A stretch of DNA of 64,000 nt from Phycisphaerae bacterium (lineage in GTDB: Bacteria; Planctomycetota; Phycisphaerae; UBA1845; Fen-1342). How positions within the stretch are numbered: the first letter of the stretch is position 1; every line of letters begins with the position of its first letter. Of the stretch, positions 38,798 to 49,400 are shown piece by piece. A program made the translations under genes and the position numbers. Under the pieces are notes generated by a model, which made no database searches, was not told the origin of the DNA, and saw only the letters and a list, made by a program, of their open reading frames with translations. The DNA lies in assembly GCA_963675745.2 (NCBI GenBank), contig CAXXWX010000015.1, positions 160,001-224,000 of the forward strand, read 5' to 3'.

Positions 38798-41700
38798 CTA
38801 CTGGAGCGATACCAGGACAAGGACCAGGCCCTCACCCGCATCCAGCGACGTCATGGCCTTGCCGAGGATTGCGCCCTGCGCCTTTGTATGGTCAGCGGCC
38901 TTCATCGCGTGGCCGGGCGTGTCGGAGGTGGTCAGCAGGTCGCCGGGCTCGATGGGGCCACTCGATGCATCGGCCATGACGTAGACGCGGCCGGTCAGCG
39001 CAACGGGGTGCTCACCATCGGCGGCGGAGCCTCTCTGCCCCATCAGCATCCCAGTCTGAACGCCGCCGGCGCCGCTGATCACGCCGGCCACAGTACGGTC
39101 ATATGCGTTCTTGCTAACAACCAGCGCGCCGGGGCTATCCGGGTCGATGCAGACGACCATGCCCGGCATCGGTGTCGCAGTCGCATAGCTGATATCGAAT
39201 TTCTCAGACAGATCGCTGCCGCCGCGGATCTCGAGAATATCGGTGGTAACGCGTCCATCCGACCCATCCAGGGAAATCTGTATGTCACCGTTCGGATCAC
39301 GCACGTCGAAGTAGCCGGCTTCGGTCCCGGTGTCGTCGGGCCAGATTTCGAGCGCGCGGCGCAGCCGGAGCGTGCCGTCATAACCGCTGTGGATGTTGAT
39401 TCCCGGCGTAAGCTCGTCGAGTCGGAACTCGATCCGCCCGGAACCAGGCGTATCGACCGTCGCGTTCCCCGAAAACCAAGTGTTCCCGGTGAACCAGCCG
39501 GCGTAGCCATCCGGGCTGTTCGAGATACCGAGCACGCCGTAGTTCGTGCCCGTCGCGGAGCTGGCGTAGCCGCGCACGGCACAGCCGCTGGCGGTTGAAT
39601 CGGTGACGTCGAGCTTCGCGTCGGGGGTCAGGTCGCCGATGCCGACCTTCCCGCTGTCACGGTCAATAACTACGTGCGCGCCGGTCGGGCCGTCGGCCTG
39701 GCCCAAGATCTGCAATTGATTCTCGCCTCCATCATAGACCAGCGCCATCCCGTACGAGTAATCATCGTCCTCGCCGAGCTTCAATGACGAGAAGCCGCCT
39801 TGCCCCGGTTGGTCTGGCGTGACGAGGATTCCGGCGAAGCTGGAATCGCCCATGACGTGCAGATCGGCCAGTGGGTCGTCGGTGCCAATGCCGACCTCAC
39901 CGTCGACGTCATCGATCCGCAGCGCGTTGATGTACGACGATGCGAGCGTACTCCAGACGCGCAAGCCGATGCCTCCGGCGCCGCTGCGGTTACCGAGCCA
40001 CACGGTATCGCCGGCATCCTTGGCCAATACGACGGATGGCGATCCACTGCTGTCGTCGATGAGAAGGCCCCGGTCGTTGTCCAGCAGGATGTTGCCGCCC
40101 GAGACGTGCAGCCGCGCGTCTGGCGTCGTGGTGCCGATCCCGACATCACCGGCCGGTTCGCAGGTCAGTGCATTGAGGTTCCCCGACGGTCCGTTACCCC
40201 AGATTTCGAAATTGCCCTGACGGCTGCCGGTACCGTTCACCTGAAGGAAAAACCGCTGCTCCACACCCGAGCCAACACCACCACTGGTGTTGGTCAGGCG
40301 GATTTGAGTAACTGCCGTCGAGTCGCTCTCGATAATGAAGTCATCCCACGTCTGCGACGACTTCACGTGCAAAGGCGTATCTGGGGAGTCGGTTCCGATG
40401 CCGACGTTGCCGCCGTCGTAGTAGATGTCTCCCCCAGTCTCCGTCCAAAACGACGAGCCGCCGCCCAGGTCACCGGCTTCGTCGATGACCGTCCCGTCGG
40501 GCAGCATGAAACCGCCGGTGGTTGATCGCACGGTCCCGGCCACGGTGAGCTTGTCGGTCAGGACATCTGTGCCGATGCCGACGCTGTCGGAGAAATAGCC
40601 GCGCCCTTCGAAGTAGCCGGCGTAGCCGTCGGGCGAGTAGGTCTGCCCCAAAACGCCGTAATTCGTACCCGTGGGTTGCATGGCGAGCCCGCGGATTCCG
40701 GCGCCCATCGGTCCGACTGCGACGCCGAGAGCACCAGAACCGCCTTCGACGGTGCTGACGCCGTGCAACCCGGCCGGACTACCTTCACCGTAGACGCCAG
40801 CGCCACTGCCGCCGACATGGCCCCAGTTGCCGCTGGTGCTGTGTTCACCCGCGATGGCCGGGCCAGTATCAGTGTTAGTGACGCTGAACGCGTTTCCGCT
40901 GTCCGCGGCCGTACCGGAATACGGCAACGCGAATCCGCCGCCCGGTTGCCACGTGGCCAGCCAGTGGCGTCAGAGGTCAGCACGTAACCGGCCCCCGCCC
41001 CGGTCGGCAGTTGGAGCCCCGTGGTCTGTACGGTGCCAACAACGTCCAGCATGGTCTCAGGTTGGAGTGTGCCGATACCGACGTAGCCCGATTGAGTAAT
41101 CCTGACGCGGGCCTCGTCGTCATCTGTCCTGGCGCCTGGCGTGTACAGATCGAGGTAGTCACCGAGCGCGGCGTCCCAGCCTGTTCGCAGAATGGTCCGC
41201 GAGCCAAAGTCCTGGTTGGTGACACGAAGCGCCCCGCTGAACGGGAGGGCAATATCCCCGTAGACCGCAAGCCGCGTATCGGGATTGCTGAAGGCGATGC
41301 CCAGGTTGCCTTCATCGGTGAGCCGCAGTATCTCGTTCGGGCTGGCGTTAGGGTTCCAGAAACTCAGCCATTCCTGGTCGAATCGGAGCGTGACGTGGTC
41401 GATCTGCCCGGGCTGCGCTTCAATCATCATCCAGTCGCCTGGCACGCCGCCGGCCCCCATCTGCTCACCGCCGAATCTGCTGACTCCTGCGACGTGCAGG
41501 GCTGCATCGGGATCGTTGGTTCCTATCCCGACCCTGCCGTCGTTGTAGTAGATGTCGCTGCCACTCTCTTCCCACAGGCATGAGCCGCCACCCGTCGCAT
41601 TCAATGCGTAGATGGCGAACGGCGCAGGTGTCAGCTCCTGGCGCGGCAGAAGCTGTGTCCCGTTAACCCAGATCTCCAACCAGCGGGCATCGCCGTTGTA

Positions 41701-41979
41701 GGCGTTGGCTGCGTTGAAGAGGATCTCGGTGCTGAAGAATCCATCGACGACAAGCACGCCGGGGCGTATGTCGCTGTCGATCAGCGTGCCGCCGGTCGCC
41801 GCATCGTAGAGCAAAAACTCCAGATCGGCGGTGGGCAACGGGTACGGAACGCCGGCGCTTTCGAGCCGGCCCTGGTAGGTGATGGCACTGCTCAGAGGCG
41901 TCTGTGGCAGCGCCACGACGGCGCCGAGTGCCGCGACGACCAGGATGGCCGTGGTCGGCCAGGACTTCATCGTTCTCAT
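38798..41979 (-). pseudogene. Fibre-like secreted protein (VGIGT repeats, C-terminal autoproteolytic-chaperone-like domain) split by a 1-bp frameshift near 40960
   Basis: ORFs 40558..42015 and 38798..40927 join as GYVLTSDATG-x-ATWQPGGGFALPYSG if one base is restored; signal peptide and RBS at the 5' end. Confidence 0.8.
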
Positions 41980-42161
41980 TGGTGCATCCTCCCACGAAGC
42001 AGCCATGTCAGACATTCAGTCCCTGCAGGCGGCCGGCGCTGCGGTGCCTGGCGCGCTCTACAGTGATGGGGCGCTTGATTCCCCCCCCTTCAGACGCGAG
42101 AATGAAAGCAGGTACCCGTCAAAAAAAACGGGGGATATTGCGTGCCGGGGAGCGTACCGAC

Positions 42162-42740
42162 GTGGGCGAGCCTTCCGATCCAACGGGACTATTGGTGGGT
42201 GTCTCGTCTGGTGATCGTGAGGCAGAGAATCGCCTGACACCGCTGGTCTATGCGAACCTGCGCGCCTTGGCCGCAAAAATGATGCGCCGCGAGCGCGCCG
42301 ATCACACGCTCCAACCGACGGCACTCGTCCACGAGGCGTACCTGAAGCTGATCGACCAGACGCGTGTGACCTGGAAGAACCGGGCCCACTTCTTCGCGGT
42401 GGCCGCGCAGGCCATGCGGCGCATCCTTATCGATCACGCCCGCAAGCGCGCCGAGGTAAAGCGTGGAGGCCGTCAGTCGCGGCTCGCTTTCGACGAACAG
42501 CTCGTGGCCGAGTATCAGCGCTCGGTAGACCTCGTGGCCCTGAGTGAGGCGCTGGACCGACTAGCCATGCGCGATCCGCTCCTGGTACGCATCGTCGAGC
42601 TGCGCTTCTTCGCCGGACTGACTGTCGCCGAGGCCGCCGAGGTCCTGGGAATGTCCAGCAGCACCGTCGAGCGCGAGTGGCGCTGCGCGCGCGTCTGGCT
42701 GCGCGCGGTTCTTTCCAACGAGGAAGACGCCGGCACATAG
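42162..42740 (+). CDS. ECF sigma factor, TIGR02999-type
   Basis: LTPLVYANLRALAAKMMRRERADHTLQPTALVHEAYLKL...RAHFFAVAAQAMRRILIDHAR...LRFFAGLT. Confidence 0.92.
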   Translation: MGEPSDPTGLLVGVSSGDREAENRLTPLVYANLRALAAKMMRRERADHTLQPTALVHEAYLKLIDQTRVTWKNRAHFFAVAAQAMRRILIDHARKRAEVKRGGRQSRLAFDEQLVAEYQRSVDLVALSEALDRLAMRDPLLVRIVELRFFAGLTVAEAAEVLGMSSSTVEREWRCARVWLRAVLSNEEDAGT

Positions 42741-42748
42741 GGGGCCCC

Positions 42749-45700
42749 ATGGGACGCGAGCCAAGCGAACGTGCGCTGCAGATTTTCCGGGTCGCGCTGG
42801 ATCGGCCGCCGGACGAGCAGCAGGCCGTGCTGGCCGAGGCCTGCGCTGGCGATGTCGCGCTGCGGGCTGAAGTCGAGCGGCTGCTTGCCGCCGATGCCAC
42901 GCAGACGTTTCTGCAACCCCCCGACAGAACATGCGTTGTCGGGCCAATCGCTCCCGACCCGGATGATGGCCTGGTTGGCCGCGAGATCGGGCGCTACCGC
43001 ATCGTGCGGCGCATCGCCTCGGGCGGGATGGGCACGGTTTACGAGGCGCTTCAACCGAAGCCGCGGCGCAGCGTCGCGCTGAAGATCGTGCGGGCCGACC
43101 TCGCATCCGAGTCCGCGCTGCGCCGGTTTGTCCACGAGGCGGAGATCCTCGCGCGGCTGCGGCATCCGGCGATCGCCCAGGTTTACGAGGCCGGCTCGCA
43201 CGCGGGCATGCCTTATTTCGCCATGGAGTACATCCCGAGCGCGCAAACGCTCATCGAATTCGCCGAAGATCACAAGCTGCCGACACGCCGCCGACTTGAG
43301 ATGTTCGCGGAAATCTGCGATGCAATTCACCATGGGCATCAGCGCGGCGTGATTCACCGCGACCTGAAACCCGGGAATATCCTGGTGGACGAAGCTGGTC
43401 GGCCAAAGGTCATCGATTTTGGCGTGGCGCGGGCCACCGACGCCGACGTGACGATTGCCACGCTGCAAACCGACGTGGGCCAGGTCGTCGGGACGCTGCG
43501 CTATATGAGCCCGGAGCAGTGTGAGGGGGACTCTGCCGCGCTCGATACGCGCAGTGACGTATACGCTCTGGGCGTGGTGCTCTATGAGCTGCTGACGGGT
43601 CGGTTTCCCTACGATGTGACCAACCACTCGCCCTTCGAGATTCCGCAAATCATCCGCGAATGCGCGCCGCGGCGCCCGTCGTCGATCAGCCGGCTGCTGC
43701 GCGGCGACGTGGAGACGATCGTTCTCAAGGCGCTCGAGAAGGATCGGACGCGCCGCTATCAGTCGGCGTCGGAACTGGCGGCCGACATTCGGCGGTATCT
43801 GCACGGCCAGCCGATCGAGGCGCGGAGCGATAGTCGGTTCTACATGCTACGCAAGCAGGTGCAGCGCTATCGGATCCCGCTCGCCGTGGCGTCCGGCTTC
43901 GTGCTGCTGCTGATCGGGTCGTCAATTGTCGCGTGGACGCTGTACTTTCAGTCGCAGCAGCGCCTGTGGGAGTCGTATTTGTCGCAGGCACACGCGCGGC
44001 GCTGGAGCGGCAAGCCCGGCTGCCGTGTGGAGAGCCTGACGGCGCTGAGAAAGGCGGCGGCAATTCGCCCAAGCGCCGCGCTGCGCGACGAGGCGATTGC
44101 CTGTATGGCCCTGGTGGACGCCGAGTTCACGAACCGCATCGACTACTCGAGCCTTGATCCCGCGCCGAACGTGGCAGCCGATCCAGACGTGCAGCGCGTA
44201 ATGCTCTGGTGGAACACCGGCGAGACGCTGTTGAAGCGCGTGGCGGACAATCGCGAGGTTCTGAGTTTGGCGGCACAGGGGGGCTTCCGCGCGCGTCCGC
44301 TTCCGCGTTTCAGCGCGGACGGCAAGTATCTGGCGCGCCCCGGCGAATCGGCGTGCGAGATCTGGGAAATCGATCCAGCCCGGCTGATTGATACGTTCGC
44401 GGTCAGGGCAACGGATTATCTGCAGCCGCTCGACTTCAGCCGTGATAGTTGCGAAGTGGCGGTGGGAGCCGCCGATGGATCTGTCGCCATTCACAGCTTG
44501 CGCACCGGCGAGACACACACGCTTCCGCCGGTGCATGCCCCGGTCCACCGGATTCACTACAGCCCCGCCGTCGACACGTTGGCCACGTGCTCGTTGAGCA
44601 GTTCCGATGTGCTCTTGCGCGACGCGAACAGCGGAGAAGTCCTGCAGGTGCTCGAGCACCCGGCGGCCGTTCGGACCGTGGCCTGGAGCAAGGATGGCCG
44701 ACAAATGGCCAGCGCGTGTTCGGACCAGTGCGCGTATGTCTGGGACCTCGGCACCACGCAGAAGCGATGGACGCTCCACGGGCACACCGGCCCGGTCACC
44801 GCTATCGGCTTTGGCTGCGATGACACGATTCTGTACACCGCGTCGTGGGACGGCACGACGCTGCTCTGGGATCCGCGACTAGGGCGGCGATTGCTCACGC
44901 TACAAGGCTGCGGGTTGGGCTTCGCCAGCGCCGGCCCCTGGCTCGGCCTGCGCACCTTCCAGCCCGGGCTCGCGTTTGTTCGGGCGCGTGTTTACGGCAA
45001 CGATGCCTTCCGAACGATCTGCGACCATCCGGCCGAATCACAAGACGGTTGTCAGTGGGTCCGAGTCAGCCCCGACGGTCGCCTGGCCGCGACGGCGTCT
45101 GGAGCGGGCGTTCGTCTCTGGGATCTGGAGCACAATCGCGCCGTAGCCTATCTGCCGATTGGCTTCACCAACTCGGTTGTCTTCCAGCCAGACGGGCTGG
45201 CGCTGATCACCGTGGCACCGCGCCGCATATTGCGCTGGCCGTTGCGGATCGACGATCAGGTCCTCCACGTCGGGCCACCTGAGAGCATCGTGTTGGACAC
45301 GCTGGGCAACTTCTGGGAAGCATGCCTCAGCGCGGATGGCAACAAGTTGGCCGTTTCGGCGGATCTGCGCCGCGTTGTGGTCGCTGATCTCGATCATCCC
45401 GCAGATGTGCGCATCTTCGAACCGCATGTCGGCGTGTGCTCGGTGGCACTCAGCCCCGACGGGCGCTGGCTTGCCACCGGCGCCTGGAAAGGCAGCGACG
45501 CCAAGGTCTGGGATGTGGCGAGCGGTGAGGTGGTGCATGTGGTGCCAACCAGCGACAACGTGCGGGCCGGTTTCAGCCCCGACGGCAAGTGGCTGGTCAC
45601 AAGCGAGGCCGAATACGTGCTGTGGGAAGTGGGCACGTGGCGACCAGTGGCGCGTTTTCCGCGCGGAGGCTATACGAGCGTGTCGGCCGCGGCCTCGTTC

Positions 45701-46048
45701 TCAGACGACGGCACCTACGTGGCGGCGATCAGCGACGCCAGCAAGATTGATCTGATCCACCTGGGCCGCTGCGCGGTTGTGGCGCGCCTGGAGTGCCCGT
45801 TGCAGCTAAACATGATCGGCGTAAGCTGCACGCCGGACGGCACACGAGTCATCTTCCCCGGGCGTGCCGGGCACATTCTGCATGTCTGGGACCTGCCTGT
45901 TGTCCGCGAGCGCTTGGCGACGATGGGACTGGATTGGGAGGCGCCGCCATTTCCCGCGCCGGCGGCACCAGCTTCCGCTCGGCCGTTACGCGCTGAGTTG
46001 TATCTCGGCAAACTTGAACCGCCCGGTGACCGTGGTCAGAGCAATTGA
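42749..46048 (+). CDS. Ser/Thr kinase with TM helix and C-terminal WD40 propellers
   Basis: IFRVALDRPPDEQQAVLAEACAGDVALRAEVERLL N-terminus; HRDLKPGN, DFGVA; repeated SPDG...WD units; 8 bp after the ECF stop. Confidence 0.93.
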   Translation: MGREPSERALQIFRVALDRPPDEQQAVLAEACAGDVALRAEVERLLAADATQTFLQPPDRTCVVGPIAPDPDDGLVGREIGRYRIVRRIASGGMGTVYEALQPKPRRSVALKIVRADLASESALRRFVHEAEILARLRHPAIAQVYEAGSHAGMPYFAMEYIPSAQTLIEFAEDHKLPTRRRLEMFAEICDAIHHGHQRGVIHRDLKPGNILVDEAGRPKVIDFGVARATDADVTIATLQTDVGQVVGTLRYMSPEQCEGDSAALDTRSDVYALGVVLYELLTGRFPYDVTNHSPFEIPQIIRECAPRRPSSISRLLRGDVETIVLKALEKDRTRRYQSASELAADIRRYLHGQPIEARSDSRFYMLRKQVQRYRIPLAVASGFVLLLIGSSIVAWTLYFQSQQRLWESYLSQAHARRWSGKPGCRVESLTALRKAAAIRPSAALRDEAIACMALVDAEFTNRIDYSSLDPAPNVAADPDVQRVMLWWNTGETLLKRVADNREVLSLAAQGGFRARPLPRFSADGKYLARPGESACEIWEIDPARLIDTFAVRATDYLQPLDFSRDSCEVAVGAADGSVAIHSLRTGETHTLPPVHAPVHRIHYSPAVDTLATCSLSSSDVLLRDANSGEVLQVLEHPAAVRTVAWSKDGRQMASACSDQCAYVWDLGTTQKRWTLHGHTGPVTAIGFGCDDTILYTASWDGTTLLWDPRLGRRLLTLQGCGLGFASAGPWLGLRTFQPGLAFVRARVYGNDAFRTICDHPAESQDGCQWVRVSPDGRLAATASGAGVRLWDLEHNRAVAYLPIGFTNSVVFQPDGLALITVAPRRILRWPLRIDDQVLHVGPPESIVLDTLGNFWEACLSADGNKLAVSADLRRVVVADLDHPADVRIFEPHVGVCSVALSPDGRWLATGAWKGSDAKVWDVASGEVVHVVPTSDNVRAGFSPDGKWLVTSEAEYVLWEVGTWRPVARFPRGGYTSVSAAASFSDDGTYVAAISDASKIDLIHLGRCAVVARLECPLQLNMIGVSCTPDGTRVIFPGRAGHILHVWDLPVVRERLATMGLDWEAPPFPAPAAPASARPLRAELYLGKLEPPGDRGQSN

Positions 46049-46067
46049 CGTTTACCTGTGACGTCCA

Positions 46068-46121
46068 GCAACAGAAAAGGTGTCACAACAGGCAACAGAA
46101 AAGGTGTCAGGATGATTTTTC
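46068..46121. repeat. 18-bp direct repeat / REP-like element
   Basis: GCAACAGAAAAGGTGTCA at 46068-46085 and 46092-46109, followed by GGATGATTTTTC. Confidence 0.7.
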
Positions 46122-46496
46122 GGCACCTTGAACGCGCGGCGGGCCGACCGTTGGCCATTTCGCCCTGCGCTGAGGGGGACACGGCGAAGATCGTATAGCG
46201 CCGGAATACTTGCGTATGGCGGGGAAGTGGAAGGCGAACGACCTAGAAAGTGACGGCAAGCTGCCCCAGCGCTGGCAAAGCAGACGGAAGGCCGCCTCGC
46301 TCCTCGACCCGGTGCTCCGCGCCCCGCGAGATACGGGCCGGAATCGGCTCTCTGTGAGCGCGCCGCCGCGCATCTCGAATGGGGTATTGTCCGGGTGATA
46401 TCGGCACGGGAATGTAGCGGTTGAACCGACCGGGAATCGGTGGCAGCCGTTTCCCGATCGGTTCAGACCTGCGCATGCGCCCGGCGTGCATGCGCG

Positions 46497-49400
46497 CTAC
46501 GACGAGATCGCACTGACGAAATCGTCGATATCGCCGTTGTTCACATAGCTGTCGCCGTTCATATCGGCCAGCCGCAGATCGCAGTCCGGATACTGGACCA
46601 CATAGCCGTCCGGATCGGTAATCGCGGTGACGAACGGATCGATGTCGCCGTTATTGACAAAGCCGTCGCAGTTGAGATCGCCGACCTCGTAGCGGTACAG
46701 CAGGATCGGGGTCACGCACTCGTTGCCGACGCAGTCCAGCACGCGCACGCTGCCCTCGCCAACGGCACCGCCCGGCGTAAGCTCGACCGAGTAGCGCACG
46801 ATCGTGTCGCCATTGGTGAACGGATCAACCGTCAGCACCAGGTTACTCGCACCGGGCAGCAATTCGACCGCACAAACGCCCGTATCGCGGAAGATCGGCT
46901 CCTCAACACGGCCGTCATAGCGCTCCGGGAACGTGCTCGACTCGATCGTCAACGACCAGCTATCAAACGTGCCCGTGTCGTTGTCCTTGTCGTCGGCGAC
47001 CCGCAGCACGTACGTGGCGTCCGCCGAGAGACCGTCGAGCGCGAACAACGCCGGTCCGTCCTCCGGCTGGTAGGTACCGGTGAACGGGGCCTCGGACGAG
47101 GAATCGGGAATCGGCGCGGCGGCCTCATCGTCCAGGGTGGTGTCGATGAAGTTGTTGCCGGTGCTGCCGATATCGGAGAGCAGGTTAATCACACGCGGGG
47201 CGATCAGCGTCAGATCGATGTCGTCGTCGTAGGCATGCGTGATGTTGAACGTGAGGTTGACGTCCTCGATCACGTCGGTGTCCGCAACAACGATCGATGA
47301 CGACACACCAACCACGTTGTTGTCCGGGATTGGCTGGGGCAGATCGCTGCTGATATAGCGCTTGCTGTGGTTGATCGACCCGGTACACACGGGTGCCTCG
47401 GCGTCCATTTCCACGAGAATGTATGAGCGCCAGCCGCAGGCGTCCGTCACGCGAATGTAGCCGCGGCCGTTGATACCAAGCGCGACGCCGACGATGAAGT
47501 CAACGCTGCCGGCCCCGGCGGGCGGATCGGGCGTTACCATTACCAGCTCGATATTCTCGCCATACGGCGCGACTTCGACCGCGACAATGCCGCTGTCGCC
47601 GGGGCCGTTATCCGTCGCCGTGCCGATGAATTTGGCCGTCGCGGGGTCATAGCTGCCTGTGATGATCGGCGGACTCCGGTCGGCGCTGATCGCGGCCAAC
47701 GCCACCGGCACGATGGTCACGTTGCCCGCAACATCGTAGATTTCGATGTCGCCGGCGCCGGCGAAGTTCGGGTCGGTCAGTTCGACGCGGTATTCGACGA
47801 CCTCGTCGCCAGGCGTGAAGCTCGCGACCACCGTCAGGTTCGTCGCGCCGGCGGCCGGTGCGATCGACTGCACGCCGCTTTCCGGCGCAAGCTCCTGCGC
47901 GACGCCGACGTAGCGCTCTGGCCCGCAGGGGCTCTTCAGCGTCAGGGCCCAGCGGCGTAACTCGGTACGTGAGGTACCAATCATGCGGTGATCGGCGGCA
48001 TTTACCTTCCACGGGCCCGCGGCACTCTGATTCGCCAGGGCGAACATCATGTTGTCGCGCTTGTCGGTGGTGATCCCGTCGCCGATGAATTCGCCACGCC
48101 CGTCGGGCTGATGGACGCCGAGGAACGGGATCGTGCCGAGGGCTGGCTCCTCATGGGCGTCGTCGGCCACGGGCGCGTCGTCGTCGAGCGTGATCCAGAG
48201 CGTGTTCTTGGTCAGCCCGGCCGAGGCGCGGTCGTCCATGCCGACGCGGTTGATCAGTGACGCGAACTCGCCACTCTTGTTGATCGTGGCGGCCAGTCGC
48301 CCGACGTCCAGGGTATCAATCGTGATTTCGGCCTCGACTTCGCCGACCAGGAACGGCTCGGCCACCGTAATGGTGCTGGAGGCGCCGGCCGGATTGCCGT
48401 AAGGCAAATCGGCTTGTATCTCCTGCTCGAAACGCAGATCAGTCGTCACGCCGCCCGTGTTCGCCGGGCCGGTGCCATCCGCAAAACCGGTGAGATTCAC
48501 GATGCTCTGGCAGGTGTTGTCCTGCATGTCGGTGACGGTGACCGTGCCCGAGCCGTTCAGCGTCGAGTCGATCAGCGTGACGGTATACTCGACCACGGTG
48601 TCACCCGGTGTGAAGCCGGGCGGCAGATTGAGCTGGGCATTGACGGCACCAGTCAGCACAATCGACTGAATACCCGCATCGAAACCGCCCGAATCAGTCG
48701 CCAGGCCCGCGAACGTCTGAGGCCCGGCGAACGTCGCCACGACATCCAGCTTAGCGTAAACGAGCCGTGAGCCGCCATTCTGCGTGTTGTAGTCGTCACG
48801 CACGTTGAGAATCCAGGTGCCATTGGCCGGGCCGCCATTGAAGTCAGCCAGCGTGCCCTCCGGCAGCCAGGTGCCGGTGTACGGTTCATCGCCGCTGAGC
48901 AGCGGCATGAGCTCATCTGCGTCGTCGTCCCAGGTGGCATCGGTGATATTGAACGCGAGCGAGCTGCCGCGGTCGGTTTGAATCTCGACCTCGGTGAGGT
49001 CCGGCGAGGTCAGTCGGATATCGAGGTCCGCACACGAGGTCGTCTCGAATGTCGCGGTCAGATTGACGTCGGTGATCGTTCCGGCGTCGCCGATGACCAG
49101 CGGTACATCAATCCCCGTCACGGCGTCGTTGTCCGGGATGAAATAGGGACCGTCCAGGGTGCGCACCGAGCGGCCGGCCACGGCGCTGCCGGCACACACC
49201 GGCGGATCAATATCGATCATGACAAGATCGCAGGCGGCATTCCCGGTGCAGTCGATGACGCGGATTTTGCCCGAGCCGCCCTGGTTGGGGTCGGTCAGCA
49301 CGATGTCGAACGTCGCCGTCCCCGTGCCCAGGCCGGTCAGGTTAACGAGCATGAGATTCGTCTCGGCGTAAAGCTCCACGGTGCACACGCCCGTGTCACC

